NCBI GenBank assembly: GCA_039028615.1
Contig: JBCCHT010000051.1
Location: 1-64,000, forward strand
Origin: Myxococcota bacterium
Lineage (GTDB): Bacteria > Myxococcota_A > Polyangia > Nannocystales > Nannocystaceae
Length of the DNA: 64,000 bases
Direction: 5' to 3'
The translations under genes and the position numbers were made by a program. Shown piece after piece: positions 37,274-48,025 of this stretch (the first letter of the stretch is position 1; every line of letters starts with the position of its first letter). The notes under the pieces were generated by a model that was not told the DNA's origin, made no database searches, and worked only from the letters and a program-made list of their open reading frames with translations.

Positions 37274-39211
37274 ATGTCACGTACCCACCGCCCCCACGTC
37301 CTCACTTCGCTCGGCATCGCTGCCTGCCTCGCCCTCCCCGCAGCGTGCTCCAAGTCCGGCGATGAAGAGGAAACCAAGGCCGAGGCCAACAAGGACGCGT
37401 CGTCCAGCGACGAGAAGGCCGACGGCGCCAAGGCGAAGACCGGCGACGAGTCGGCCAAGAACAACGCAGGCGGAGGCGCCGAGGCGGCCCGCCAAGTCAC
37501 CGCGCTGGGCAAGACGGTCGCCGACGGCATCGCCGACGCGGCGGGCGGCATCGAACGCCTCGACCCCGAGCACGCCCTCGGCCACTTCTTGCTGCCCAAC
37601 GGCGCCACGCTGATCGAAGACGTCTCGAGCAACATCGCCCCCAGCGGCCAGGCCGCGATCGTGTCCGAGCCGATGCTGCGCATGGCCATGAGCGGCGTCC
37701 TCGGCTCGCGCTCGGGCGTGTCGCAGCACCTCGCGCTCGACAAGCCCATGGGCTGCATGATCTCCGACTCGACCGCGACCGATTTCCCCGTGGCCTGCGT
37801 GATGGGCTACACGGGAGGCCTCTCCGCCGCCATCACCGACATGGGGGCCGACGGCAAGCAAGGCGACGCGGCCGGGCACGGTGCGCTGTATCGGATCGAG
37901 GGCCAGGACGTGTACCTCGACGAGGTCGATGGCCACGTCGTGGTCAGCAACCACCCCGAGGTCTTCGGCACCGCCAAGCACTACATCAAGGCCAACCTCA
38001 TCGATCGCGCCCCCTCGGTCAAAGAGGACATCGAGGTCGTGCTCTACCCCAAGTCGGCGATGAGCCGGTACTCCAAGGAGGTCGACACGCTGCTGGCCAC
38101 GATGCGCGGGGCTCCCACGCCGCCGACCGGCAACCCGATGATCGATGCGTTCACCAACTACTCGCGCACGTCGGTGGACACGAGCTTCGACTACTACCGC
38201 GAGATCGATCAGCTCGACCTGGGCCTGAGCATCGAGGAGATCGGCGTGGTCTTCCACTTCGCAACGCACCCCACCGAGGGCTCGAAGATGCAGGCCGATG
38301 CCCAGGCCATCTCCGCGGGCGCGGTGGATCAGGACCTCGTCAACCAGCTCCCGATCGAGTCGTGGCTGGTCACCACCTCCACCATCAACTGGGACGCGGC
38401 GTGGAAGCTCGAGAGCTCGGCCACCATGCGCGACGCGATGATCGAGATCTACGGCGAGGCCGTGGGCCGCGACCCGGCCGAGGTCAAGACCGCGCTGGAG
38501 GCCTACTTCGAGGAGACGGCCAAGCTCTTCGCCCACGACACCGCCATGGGCATCGCCCACCTGCCGGGCTCGCAGGGCGGCATGATCATCCACCGCAAGC
38601 TCAACGCCCCCGCGCGTGAGAGCTTCCGGGCCTGGAGCGAGGGCTTCACCCCCGAGAAGGTGCTGGGCCCCGAGGGCTCCAAGTACGTCACCTGGTCGTT
38701 CGAGATGGACGCGACGAAGGTCGATGGCATCGCCGTCGATCGCTGGACCGTCGAGCCCGGTGTCGAGGCGAAGAAGGAAATGGCCAAGAAGCCCGATCCC
38801 GCCCTGGCCGAGATCGAAAAGCGCTTCGGCGGGGTCAAGCTGGTCGTCAACCGCATCGAGCTGGACGATCGCGTCATCGTGGTGGTCGCCCCGGGCTCCG
38901 ACGAGCAGTACATCAAGGCGGCTCTGGCCGCGGCCAAGGGCGGCACCGGGGTCGGCAGCGACACCGGCTTCGCCACCGCGCTCAAGCGCAACCCCAAGAC
39001 CTCGATGATCATGGCCGCCGACATCGCGGGCGCAGCCGACTGGGCTCGTGCGGTGCTGCCCCCCGAGGCCACCCGCAAGCTGCCCCCGGGCATTGGCCGC
39101 GATCTGGGCGACTTCTACTTCTCGGTCACCTACGGTGAGTCGGGCTCGCAGCACGGCGAGATGGTCCTGAGCCAGGGCGTCATCGACCAGCTTCGTGCCC
39201 TGGCCGACTGA
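37274..39211 (+). CDS. Large hypothetical lipoprotein
   Basis: Lipobox PAAC; charged linker; long ORF with strong GC3 bias. Confidence 0.75.
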   Translation: MSRTHRPHVLTSLGIAACLALPAACSKSGDEEETKAEANKDASSSDEKADGAKAKTGDESAKNNAGGGAEAARQVTALGKTVADGIADAAGGIERLDPEHALGHFLLPNGATLIEDVSSNIAPSGQAAIVSEPMLRMAMSGVLGSRSGVSQHLALDKPMGCMISDSTATDFPVACVMGYTGGLSAAITDMGADGKQGDAAGHGALYRIEGQDVYLDEVDGHVVVSNHPEVFGTAKHYIKANLIDRAPSVKEDIEVVLYPKSAMSRYSKEVDTLLATMRGAPTPPTGNPMIDAFTNYSRTSVDTSFDYYREIDQLDLGLSIEEIGVVFHFATHPTEGSKMQADAQAISAGAVDQDLVNQLPIESWLVTTSTINWDAAWKLESSATMRDAMIEIYGEAVGRDPAEVKTALEAYFEETAKLFAHDTAMGIAHLPGSQGGMIIHRKLNAPARESFRAWSEGFTPEKVLGPEGSKYVTWSFEMDATKVDGIAVDRWTVEPGVEAKKEMAKKPDPALAEIEKRFGGVKLVVNRIELDDRVIVVVAPGSDEQYIKAALAAAKGGTGVGSDTGFATALKRNPKTSMIMAADIAGAADWARAVLPPEATRKLPPGIGRDLGDFYFSVTYGESGSQHGEMVLSQGVIDQLRALAD

Positions 39212-39364
39212 AAGAGCATCGAGGGTCGACGCCCCCTCATTGCGTCCGAGCGCCACCCGCTCGGACGCATACGCCTAAACACACGTTTCGGGCGTTCGCC
39301 GCGAGCCCCCGTGCCCCCACGGGGCGCTTGATCTGGCGTGGCGCCCGGCTCGACACTGGGGACG

Positions 39365-40672
39365 ATGAAACCGCAAGAGCAATGCCCGACCTGCGGCACC
39401 ACCTTGGGACCCTTGCACGACAAGGACGCTCTGCGGCGCTGTAACTCGTGCTCGCGACCGAACCCGCGCGGTTTCTACTACTGCGGCTACTGTGCCGCCC
39501 CCATGGAGACCACCGCTCATCGAGCGGTGCTGTCGGAGATCGCCGCTCCGCCCGGAGGCTGGCCCAGCCTCGCACGCGAGCTGGTGGAGGTCCGCTTCTT
39601 CATGGATCGAGGCGAGCTCGACGAGGCCTTCGAGCTGCTCGCGATCCTCCGCGAGCGTCACCCCGGGCACCCGGAGCTGACCGAGTTCAAGCGCGGCGCC
39701 CCCGATGGCAAGCCGCGCCCGGATACCCAGGTCAATCGGGTGGTCGACTCGGTGCTGTCGGGCTCGGCCGCGCTCAACGACGCCATCCCCCGCCGCGCCG
39801 CGCCCACGTGGAACGACCCGCGTGCCGATGCGGCGGAGCCCGAGGCCGAAGCCGAGGCCGCGCCCCCAGCCGCCTCCGACGACTCCGTCACGCAGGTCCG
39901 CAAGCGGGTCGTTCGCCGCAACGAAGAACACCAGGCGGGTTCGTTCCCCACCGTCGCCGAAGCCGAAGCCGAAGCCGAGTCGGAGGCCAGCGCCAGCTCG
40001 AGCAAGCACACCAAGGTGCAGATGGTGGTGCCGCCCGCGTCACCGCCCGGTCGCAAGCGACGGGTCCGCTCGATCACCAACCGTCAGCACGCACCCGTGC
40101 CCGTCGAGGGCAGCGTGCAGTCGGGCACGATCGTCGACGATGACGACGACGCCGAGGAGATGACCCGGCAGCACGTGGTGCCCGAGGGACTCCGGGAGGA
40201 AATCGATCCCTCCAAGCCCCTGGTCAGTCTCGAGCCCACGGGCACCCCCACCAGCACAACGCGGCCCGAGCCCACCGTGCCCCCGACGACGGAGCCCGCG
40301 GCCGAAGAGGTCGCGGCGGAGCCGGCCAGCGCCGAGCCGACCCCGGCCGAGCCGGTCCCCGACGGTCATGTCCGGCCCCTGCCTGCCGTCGAGCCCCAGA
40401 TGACGGTCGCCGTGCCGACGCTCCAGCCGGCGGCGCCCTACCGAGGGACCGAGGGCGAAGCCACGGCCGAGGCCGGCGACCCAGCGCCACCCTCCCGACG
40501 ACGGGGCCGAAACGTCGTACGCAAGCGAGCCATCAAGGCGCGTAAACGGTCGGGCGCCCACGAGGTCGTCGAACAGTCGGGCGAAGGCACCGAGGACGGT
40601 CAACGCCGTCGCCGGGCTCGACCCGTGCGCTTCGGCCAGCACGTGCTGGGGCGCCTGGGCGGCAAGGACTAA
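39365..40672 (+). CDS. Zinc-ribbon domain protein with long disordered tail
   Basis: CPTC, CNSC, CGYC; helical EVRFFMDRGELDEA...HPGHP segment; Pro/Glu-rich region and basic C-terminus. Confidence 0.7.
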   Translation: MKPQEQCPTCGTTLGPLHDKDALRRCNSCSRPNPRGFYYCGYCAAPMETTAHRAVLSEIAAPPGGWPSLARELVEVRFFMDRGELDEAFELLAILRERHPGHPELTEFKRGAPDGKPRPDTQVNRVVDSVLSGSAALNDAIPRRAAPTWNDPRADAAEPEAEAEAAPPAASDDSVTQVRKRVVRRNEEHQAGSFPTVAEAEAEAESEASASSSKHTKVQMVVPPASPPGRKRRVRSITNRQHAPVPVEGSVQSGTIVDDDDDAEEMTRQHVVPEGLREEIDPSKPLVSLEPTGTPTSTTRPEPTVPPTTEPAAEEVAAEPASAEPTPAEPVPDGHVRPLPAVEPQMTVAVPTLQPAAPYRGTEGEATAEAGDPAPPSRRRGRNVVRKRAIKARKRSGAHEVVEQSGEGTEDGQRRRRARPVRFGQHVLGRLGGKD

Positions 40673-40759
40673 ACGCGAGGCGCATGTAGGCGGGCGAGCC
40701 CGAGGACTCGGCCGTCGCGGCAGTGGTATCGTAGGCATTCGAATGCGCCGCGCGCCTGC

Positions 40760-41389
40760 ATGAAGATCGTGTGCATCTCCGATACGCACGGCCGACACGA
40801 GCGTCTCCGCGTCTCGGCCTGCGATCTCCTCGTCCACGCAGGCGATGCGACTCGCCGTGGTCGAGTCGCCGAGCTCGAAGCCACGCTGCATTGGATGTCC
40901 CAGCAGCCGGCCGAGCATCGGATCTACGTGGCGGGCAACCACGACACCTACTGCGAGCAGGACCCCGAGGGCACTCGCACGCTGGCCGAGCGCCATGGCG
41001 TGCAGTACCTGTGTGACGAAGGCACGACCGTGGGCGGGCTCGAGATCTGGGGCTCACCCGTCACGCCCTACTTTCGTGGCATGGCCTTCAACCGCCCGCG
41101 CGGGGCCGAGATCGCGAAGCACTGGGCCGAGATCCCCTCGGGGCTCGATCTGCTCATCACCCACGGGCCCCCGCGAGGCCTGGGCGACCGCACCATCCTC
41201 GGCATGCGGGTCGGGTGCGAAGACCTGCTGACGCGCGTGCGCGAGGTCGAGCCCAAGATGCACGTGTTCGGGCACATCCACGAGGCCGCAGGCAGCTATC
41301 GCCTACCCGGCTGCGCTACCGGCTTCTTCAACGTGGCGTCCAGTCGCTTGCTGCCGATGGTGCGCGAGCCGATCGCCTTGTTCATGTAG
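40760..41389 (+). CDS. Metallophosphoesterase (MPPED/239FB-like)
   Basis: ISDTH, HAGD, AGNHD, THGPP, FGHIHE. Confidence 0.93.
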   Translation: MKIVCISDTHGRHERLRVSACDLLVHAGDATRRGRVAELEATLHWMSQQPAEHRIYVAGNHDTYCEQDPEGTRTLAERHGVQYLCDEGTTVGGLEIWGSPVTPYFRGMAFNRPRGAEIAKHWAEIPSGLDLLITHGPPRGLGDRTILGMRVGCEDLLTRVREVEPKMHVFGHIHEAAGSYRLPGCATGFFNVASSRLLPMVREPIALFM

Positions 41390-41427
41390 CGCGAGCACGC
41401 GGGCGCGAGCCTCGGTATGGTGTGTCC

Positions 41428-41820
41428 ATGCTCGACGCCAGCTCCCGTGCACGCGCTACGACCTCGCCCGACCTCCGTCGCCTCGGATTGATCGCCGCGG
41501 TGCTGGGCTGCGTGGCGCTGTCGATCCCCTCGTGCGAGAAGAACCCCGCCCCCGGATCCGACCCGGCGACGAACCCGGGCGAGGGCGATGACGGCACGAA
41601 GGTCGACGAGAGCAAGCTCGTGGTGTCGGAGCATGCCTGCCAGACCGATGCCGATTGCGCCCCGGCCAGCTGCTGCCATGCCACTGCCTGCGTGGCGGCG
41701 GGCGACGCCCCGGCGTGCGACGAGATGGTCTGCACCACGGAATGTGCCGAGGGCACGATGGACTGCGGCGGCGGCTGCCTGTGCCACGAAGGCTTCTGCA
41801 CGGCCCAGCTCGCCAGCTGA
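41428..41820 (+). CDS. Small lipoprotein with a 12-Cys domain
   Basis: Lipobox IPSC; CQTDADCAPASCCHATAC...C....CTTEC...DCGGGCLC....C. Confidence 0.75.
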   Translation: MLDASSRARATTSPDLRRLGLIAAVLGCVALSIPSCEKNPAPGSDPATNPGEGDDGTKVDESKLVVSEHACQTDADCAPASCCHATACVAAGDAPACDEMVCTTECAEGTMDCGGGCLCHEGFCTAQLAS

Positions 41821-41848
41821 GCCCGGGAGCACGGAGCAACGAAAAAGC

Positions 41849-42469
41849 TCAGGCGTTGCGGCGGCGGACGATCGCACCGAAGCCAAACAACGCGACCCAC
41901 AGCCAGGGTGCCGGAGCGCTCGCGGTCACCGAGCACGACGCGGCGGGCGTGGGCTCGGGTGCCGTCGCGGTGGGGGCGGGCGGAGCCGGGGTCGGCTCGG
42001 GCGCGGCGGCGGAGCACAGGTCGTCGATCTGCACGTAGCAGGCTTGCTCGAGCGCGTCGTCGTCGAGGTCGGTCAGCGCGGCGAGATCGGTGCGCTCGAC
42101 CTCGCCTTCCACGTCGCAGAAGCACGACGCCATGCCGCCACCGTTGGGCGTGACCTCGCACTTGCCTCGCGAGGGCTCTTCACAGGTGACGCGGTCGGAC
42201 CACGGCGCGCACGAGTCCGTCCATGCCTCCCAGCAGGCGTCCATGAGCTCCTCTTCGTTGGCCCCGGTCAGCTCGGGGCGGCGCACCTCGACCTCGCCGT
42301 CGAGGCACTGGCACTGCACCCGGCCCGTGTCCTTCTTGGCCACGCAGGCGCTGCCCTCGGGGTGCTCGCAGATCGCCTGGCGAGCCGCGTCGGCCGAAGC
42401 CGGCGCAAGCAACGCAGCCCCGAACGCAACGCCAGACAGCCCCACCGTGGTCATCAATCTCGTGAACAT
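41849..42469 (-). CDS. Secreted Cys-rich protein with MYXO-CTERM-like sorting signal
   Basis: Signal peptide ending ADA; C-terminal SCSVT-(Pro)-hydrophobic-RRR. Confidence 0.78.
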   Translation of the reverse strand: MFTRLMTTVGLSGVAFGAALLAPASADAARQAICEHPEGSACVAKKDTGRVQCQCLDGEVEVRRPELTGANEEELMDACWEAWTDSCAPWSDRVTCEEPSRGKCEVTPNGGGMASCFCDVEGEVERTDLAALTDLDDDALEQACYVQIDDLCSAAAPEPTPAPPAPTATAPEPTPAASCSVTASAPAPWLWVALFGFGAIVRRRNA

Positions 42470-42663
42470 GCGCGTCTCCCCGCCTTCCACGAGGTAAGAC
42501 ACCGGAACACATCTGAATACCGGGTCGATCTTGATGGAATCGTAGGGGTGGCCAACAAGAAGACGAGCGTGTTTCCCGCAAGCACCCGCTCGAAATCGCG
42601 CTCGGCGAGTCGGCGACGGCGTCGGAAATTTGGTCGGGTGCAGGTGCGCGTTCGATCCTAGGG

Positions 42664-42996
42664 GTGGTGCCTCAGCTGCTCCGACCCCTGATCAGCCTCG
42701 CGTTCCTCGTGGGTGCGCTTTGGTTCGCGTTTTCCGTGAAGCTCGGCGGGCTCACCTTTGCCGAGCACATCGACCGCATCGGACAGACCCCGGAGGCGCA
42801 CGACCTCATCGAAGGCACGCGCGCCACGGTCAACCCGGTGCTGCAAGAGGCCACCGATCGCATGCTCGGCGAGCACATCGAAGCGCCGACGCGGGCCGAG
42901 GCGAAAGAGGCGACCCACGCCGCGACCGCCCCCCTCGAGCCCTCCGCACCGCGCACCTCGACCGCCGAGCACACCAAGCTTCCCGGGCGCGACTAG
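42664..42996 (+). CDS. Small membrane-anchored hypothetical protein
   Basis: N-terminal TM helix, then VKLGGLTFAEHIDRI. Confidence 0.65.
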   Translation: MVPQLLRPLISLAFLVGALWFAFSVKLGGLTFAEHIDRIGQTPEAHDLIEGTRATVNPVLQEATDRMLGEHIEAPTRAEAKEATHAATAPLEPSAPRTSTAEHTKLPGRD

Positions 42997-43066
42997 AGCC
43001 GACGGCCGCGCCGCTTCCCGCCCCTCGATGGGACGGGGCGCTCACTTCCCCGGCAGCGAGTTCGGT

Positions 43067-45769
43067 ATGCTCGGCGCGGTGCACTCGGTCGCCGCCCTGC
43101 TCGTCCTGTCGAGCGCCCTCGGCCGAGGCGCGGAGCCCACGAGCGGCGGCGAGACGACGAGCGAAGTCGCCGCGCCCGAGACTTCGACGAAGACGGACGA
43201 CGCGTCGTCGAAACCCTTCCTCGAGCCGACGGCCGACGAAGGGTCGACTACGGACGAAGTGCCCGCCGAGGGATCGGCGAAGCCCGACGAGCCCTTCCTC
43301 GAGCCCTCCGAATCCGGCGAGCCCTCCGACTCCGAGCCCGGTGAGTCCGGCGAGCCATCCGAACAGGATCCCGACGACAACGCGCTGTCCGACGAGGACG
43401 ATCCCGATCGCTTTACCCCCGACCCGGCCACCGCGGCCCGTTTTCGCGGGAAGGTGCTCAGCTTCGGCAAGCGTGAGCCGATCGGCGACGCCCGGCTGAT
43501 CTTCAAGGATGGTCGCCCCTCCGCGCTGACCGAGACCGACGGCACGTTCTCGGTGATGCTGCCCCCTGGGCGCCACGAGATCATCGTGCGGGCCCCCGGC
43601 TACCGCGACCTCCCGGCCGCGATCGAGCTGCAAGAGCGCCAGGACCTCGAGGTCGAGCTGCGCCTCGACTCGGAGCTCGACTCCGACACCTACCGCACCG
43701 TGGTGCAGGCCGAGCGCCAGGTCGCGGTGTCGAGCACCACCCTGTCCGGAGACGAGATCCACCGCGTCGCGGGCAGCCGCGGCGACCCCTTGCGGGTGAT
43801 CAACAGCCTGCCCGGCGTGGGCCAGCTGGCGGGGTTCCTGCCCTACGTCGTCGTGCGCGGCGCGGCTCCGGGCAACACCGGGTACTACCTCGACGGCACG
43901 CGCGTCCCGATCCTGTTTCACGTGGCCATCGGGCCCTCGGTGCTGCACCCGTACTTCATCGACGCGGTGGACTTCTACCCGAGCGGCGCGCCGGTTCGGC
44001 TCGGTCGATACACCAGCGGCATCATCGAGGCGCGCACGCGTCGGGCCCGTCGCGACCGGGTGCACGGCGACGTGGACATCCGCCTGACCGACGCGGGCGG
44101 CATGCTGGAGATCCCCTTCAACCGCAAGAAGAAGGACCGCAGCTGTAAAGAGCCCTCCCGAGCGGAGCGCAAGGCCCAGGGCCTCAAAGGGCGGCAGTGC
44201 GAGCGCGAGGAAATGGCCCGCGGCGCCCTGACCCTCGCCGGGCGCTACAGCTACACGGCGGGGATCCTCTCGGCCGTGCAATCGCAGGCGCGCATCGCCT
44301 ACTGGGACTACCAGGCGCGGCTCGACCATCGGATCACCCCCTCGGTGGACTTCACCGCGTTTGCGTACGGCAGCTACGACGACCTCGGCGCCAAGGCCAA
44401 CATCGACGAGGACACGGGCGAGGTCATCGACCCCGAGCAGACCTTCCTGCGCTTTCAGTTCCACCGCTTCGACGCTCGCGTGCGGCAGCGCCTGCGCGGC
44501 GGCGGGCGCTCGGTCTACGCGGTGGTGCTCGGCCTCGACCAGACCGGCGCGGGCGGGACGACCGGGGTCGGCAACGACGAGTGGCGCGTGGCCCCGCGCG
44601 CCGACTTCCTCGTGCCCCTGCGCGACAACCTCAGCGTCGGCTTCGGCGTCGACCAAGAGGTGCAGATCTTCCGCATCCCCAACCTCGATCGCGAGCTGCT
44701 CACCGAAGACCTCGGCTTCCTTTTCAGCGAGCGCACGGTGTCGGCCACCGCGGCCTATGCCGAGCTGACCTGGAAGAAGGCCGGGGTCGAGGTCCGCCCC
44801 GGCATCCGCACCGACTTCTACGTGCAGAGCGGCTCGAGCCCCTACCTGCCCCAGACCACGGGCCTGACCTACGCCACGGGCGTCGACCCGCGGCTGCTCA
44901 TGCGCGAGCGGGTGGGGGCCAACATCACGCTCAAACAGACGGTGGGCGCCTACCACCAGCCGCCCAGCTTCCCCATCCCCGTGCCGGGCATCGAGAGCTT
45001 CGGGTTCGAGCGCGGCCTGCAGCGCAACATCCAGGGCTCCTTCGGCTACGAGCTCGACCTGTTCGACCAGCGCATTCGACTGGAGCAAGACGCCTACCTC
45101 GGGCGCCTGAGCAACCTGCAAGACTATGAGCTAGCCGCGGCCAACGAAGAAGAGCCGCTCGACGAGCTCGAGGACGTGATCAACCAGGTCACGGGCTGGG
45201 CCTACGGGCTGGAGACGCTGCTCAAGCTCGATCCACGCCTGCGAACCTTCGGCTGGATTGCCTACACCTTGTCGCGATCGACCCGTGACTTCCAGGTAGG
45301 CGGATCAGCCCCATCCAACTGGGATCAACGACATATCGTGAACCTGGTGCTCGGCTACAAGGTGAGCCAGAAGTGGTACTTCAGCGGCCGAATGCACTAC
45401 CACACGGGGCGCCCGTGGACCGCGGCCGTCGATGATCAGGGCCGCGTCGACGCGCTCCGGGACAACCGCAACAACGCCCGGCTCCCGCCCTTCTTCCAGC
45501 TCGACCTCCGCATCGAGCGTATCTGGCGTTGGCCCGACTGGCAGATGCACGCGGTGCTCGACATCGCCAACAGCACCTACTCGAACGAGGTGTTCCTGTG
45601 TGCGCCCGCGACCGAGGACGGCGGCAACCCGGTCGACAACATTCCCGCGTTCCAGATGCGCCAGGGCCAGCTCGTCGCCGAAGCGGCGGCCACCCGCGGC
45701 ATCGCGCAGTGCAACTCGCAGGGGTTCCGATACATCATCCCCTCTTTGGGGCTCCGCGCTCGTTGGTGA
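43067..45769 (+). CDS. TonB-dependent receptor with N-terminal carboxypeptidase-regulatory-like domain
   Basis: TETDGTF...RAPGY; plug GDPLRVINSLPGV, VVRG, YYLDG; AYTLSRS, WDQRH, RLPPFFQLDLR; C-terminal GLRARW. Confidence 0.9.
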   Translation: MLGAVHSVAALLVLSSALGRGAEPTSGGETTSEVAAPETSTKTDDASSKPFLEPTADEGSTTDEVPAEGSAKPDEPFLEPSESGEPSDSEPGESGEPSEQDPDDNALSDEDDPDRFTPDPATAARFRGKVLSFGKREPIGDARLIFKDGRPSALTETDGTFSVMLPPGRHEIIVRAPGYRDLPAAIELQERQDLEVELRLDSELDSDTYRTVVQAERQVAVSSTTLSGDEIHRVAGSRGDPLRVINSLPGVGQLAGFLPYVVVRGAAPGNTGYYLDGTRVPILFHVAIGPSVLHPYFIDAVDFYPSGAPVRLGRYTSGIIEARTRRARRDRVHGDVDIRLTDAGGMLEIPFNRKKKDRSCKEPSRAERKAQGLKGRQCEREEMARGALTLAGRYSYTAGILSAVQSQARIAYWDYQARLDHRITPSVDFTAFAYGSYDDLGAKANIDEDTGEVIDPEQTFLRFQFHRFDARVRQRLRGGGRSVYAVVLGLDQTGAGGTTGVGNDEWRVAPRADFLVPLRDNLSVGFGVDQEVQIFRIPNLDRELLTEDLGFLFSERTVSATAAYAELTWKKAGVEVRPGIRTDFYVQSGSSPYLPQTTGLTYATGVDPRLLMRERVGANITLKQTVGAYHQPPSFPIPVPGIESFGFERGLQRNIQGSFGYELDLFDQRIRLEQDAYLGRLSNLQDYELAAANEEEPLDELEDVINQVTGWAYGLETLLKLDPRLRTFGWIAYTLSRSTRDFQVGGSAPSNWDQRHIVNLVLGYKVSQKWYFSGRMHYHTGRPWTAAVDDQGRVDALRDNRNNARLPPFFQLDLRIERIWRWPDWQMHAVLDIANSTYSNEVFLCAPATEDGGNPVDNIPAFQMRQGQLVAEAAATRGIAQCNSQGFRYIIPSLGLRARW

Positions 45770-45800
45770 AAATCCGGGAGTCGGGCGATACTCGTAGTCG

Positions 45801-47903
45801 GTGACCGACTGGCGCCACGAGCCGGCCGCGGACCCCGACGCGGTCACGAACGATCTGCGGAGCCTCGACGACGGAGCGGGCAAGGACGACGTCCGCATCG
45901 GTCCGACCGTGGGGCGCTACCTCGTCGTGGAGGGGATCGGTCGCGGCGCGATGGGTCGGGTGTTCCGGGCCTACGATCCCAAGCTCCAGCGCGAGGTCGC
46001 CCTCAAGGTCGTGCCGCACGAAGTCCTCGACGCGGAGATGCGCCCTCGCATGCTCCGCGAGGCCCGGGCCATGGCGCGGCTGTCCCACCCCAACGTGGTC
46101 GCCGTGCACGACGTCGAGGACTCGCTGGTGGGGATCATGCTGGTCATGGAGTTCGTCGACGGCGCGACGCTCCACCAGTGGATCAAGCGGGGCCCGCATC
46201 CGTGGCAGCAGGTCGTCGAGCGCTTCGTCGATGCCGGGCGCGGGCTCGCGGCCGCCCACGCCGAAGGCCTGCTCCACCGCGACTTCAAGCCGGCCAACGT
46301 CCTCGTCTCGCGCTCGGGTCAGGTCAAGGTCACCGACTTCGGCCTGGCCAAGCTCGCCGCCGCCACCGGGGTGCGCACCAGCGAGGAACAGCCCGTCTCG
46401 ACCGGCAACGCCCTCGACGACGCGCTCACGGGCGCCAACGCGGTGGTCGGGACCCCGCGCTACATGGCGCCCGAGCAGTACGGCCCCGATGTGCTCAGCT
46501 CGGCCGTCGACCAGTACGCCCTGTGCATCGCGCTGTGGGAGGCGCTGTGCGGCGAGGCCCCCTTCCGCGGGCACTCGGCGGGACTGATGCTGCGGGCCAA
46601 GGAGCGCGGCGCCCCAGCCTGGCCCGCGCACGCCGATACCGTGCCGGCCTCCGTCGTCGATGCGATCTGCCGCGGACTCGAGGCCGAGCCCGAGGATCGC
46701 TTCCCCAACGTCGAGGCCTTGCTGGCCGCCCTCACCGACGACTCCGACCGGCAACGGCGTCGCAAGTGGATCCTCGGGGGCAGCCTGGCAGTGCTGGGCG
46801 GTGCCGCGGCGCTGATCATCCCGCAGATCACCACCCCCGCCCAGCGGTGCATGAACGACGAGATCCAGCTCGACGGGATCTGGGACGACGCCAACAAGCA
46901 ACGAGCCCACGACACGATCGAAGGCACCGGGCTCCCCTACGCGGACGCCGTGTGGTCCCACGCCGAGACCCAGCTCGATGGCTACGTGGCCGACTGGAGC
47001 GAGCACAAGACCCTGATCTGCGAGGCCGCCACCGCAGACACCGATCCCTCGGCGCGGGTCACCGAGCTCCAGATCGACTGCCTGCATCGCGCCCAATTCC
47101 AGCTGCGCGCCGCCACCGAGATGCTCGCCAACGCCGACGACGAGGTGGTCGAGCGCGCGCACGTGCTGGCGGGCACCCTGCCCGACCTGACCCGCTGCGT
47201 GGACGTCAAGGCGCTGCAGGCCGAGACCGCCCCGCCCAGCGCCGAAAAGAGCGGGCTGGTCGACGAGCTGCGGCTTCGGCTCGCCCGTGGCCGGGCCGAG
47301 CGGCTGACGGGGCACGACGAGCGCGCCCGTCAGCTCGTCGCCAGCGTCGAGGCCGACCTCGAGGCCATCGAGTACGAACCGGTGAGCACCGAGGTCGCGC
47401 TCGAGAAGGCCCGCGTGCTCGAGCGCCTCGGGTCCCACGCCGAAGCCGAGACCGCCGCTCGCCGGGCCCTGCAATCCGCGTCCTCGTGGGGACAGTGGGA
47501 CTCCATGCAGCAGGCCGCTTCGTTGCTCATGGTCGTGGTCGGCGTGCGCCTGCAGCAGCCCGACCACGCCCTGCGCTACCGAGAGATCGCCGCGGGCCTG
47601 GCCAAGGGACACGCCGACCGCGAGGCCCGTTGGCACCACGACTTCGCCTCGTTGCTCCGCAGCCAGGGGGATCACAGCGGGGCCGAACATCACCAGCGTC
47701 GCTACCTCGCGCTCGTGTTCGAACGCTTCGGGCCCAATCACCTCGACGTCGCCTCGGCCCGGGTCGAGCTGGGGCGCACCCTCGGCCAGCTACAGCGCAA
47801 CGACGACGCCCAGGAGCACTTTCGTCTCGCCCTGCAGGTCCGCGAGTCGACCCTGGGCACCGACCACCCGTTGACCCGAGCCGTCGCCGCGCTCGTGAAC
47901 TAG
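45801..47903 (+). CDS. Membrane Ser/Thr protein kinase with TPR repeats
   Basis: GRGAMG, VALK, HRDFKPAN, DFG, GTPRYMAPE; TM helix; FGPNH and LGTDHP TPR motifs. Confidence 0.92.
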   Translation: MTDWRHEPAADPDAVTNDLRSLDDGAGKDDVRIGPTVGRYLVVEGIGRGAMGRVFRAYDPKLQREVALKVVPHEVLDAEMRPRMLREARAMARLSHPNVVAVHDVEDSLVGIMLVMEFVDGATLHQWIKRGPHPWQQVVERFVDAGRGLAAAHAEGLLHRDFKPANVLVSRSGQVKVTDFGLAKLAAATGVRTSEEQPVSTGNALDDALTGANAVVGTPRYMAPEQYGPDVLSSAVDQYALCIALWEALCGEAPFRGHSAGLMLRAKERGAPAWPAHADTVPASVVDAICRGLEAEPEDRFPNVEALLAALTDDSDRQRRRKWILGGSLAVLGGAAALIIPQITTPAQRCMNDEIQLDGIWDDANKQRAHDTIEGTGLPYADAVWSHAETQLDGYVADWSEHKTLICEAATADTDPSARVTELQIDCLHRAQFQLRAATEMLANADDEVVERAHVLAGTLPDLTRCVDVKALQAETAPPSAEKSGLVDELRLRLARGRAERLTGHDERARQLVASVEADLEAIEYEPVSTEVALEKARVLERLGSHAEAETAARRALQSASSWGQWDSMQQAASLLMVVVGVRLQQPDHALRYREIAAGLAKGHADREARWHHDFASLLRSQGDHSGAEHHQRRYLALVFERFGPNHLDVASARVELGRTLGQLQRNDDAQEHFRLALQVRESTLGTDHPLTRAVAALVN

Positions 47904-48025
47904 CGCCGATGGGCATCTCGCCCATCTGACATGCCACGACGTGGACGCACCTGCTCGGGGGAAGCAGTACGAACGAGGCCCCCATTTGTGGGCGGAAGCA
48001 GAACCGCGGAGCCGTTTCGTACGTC

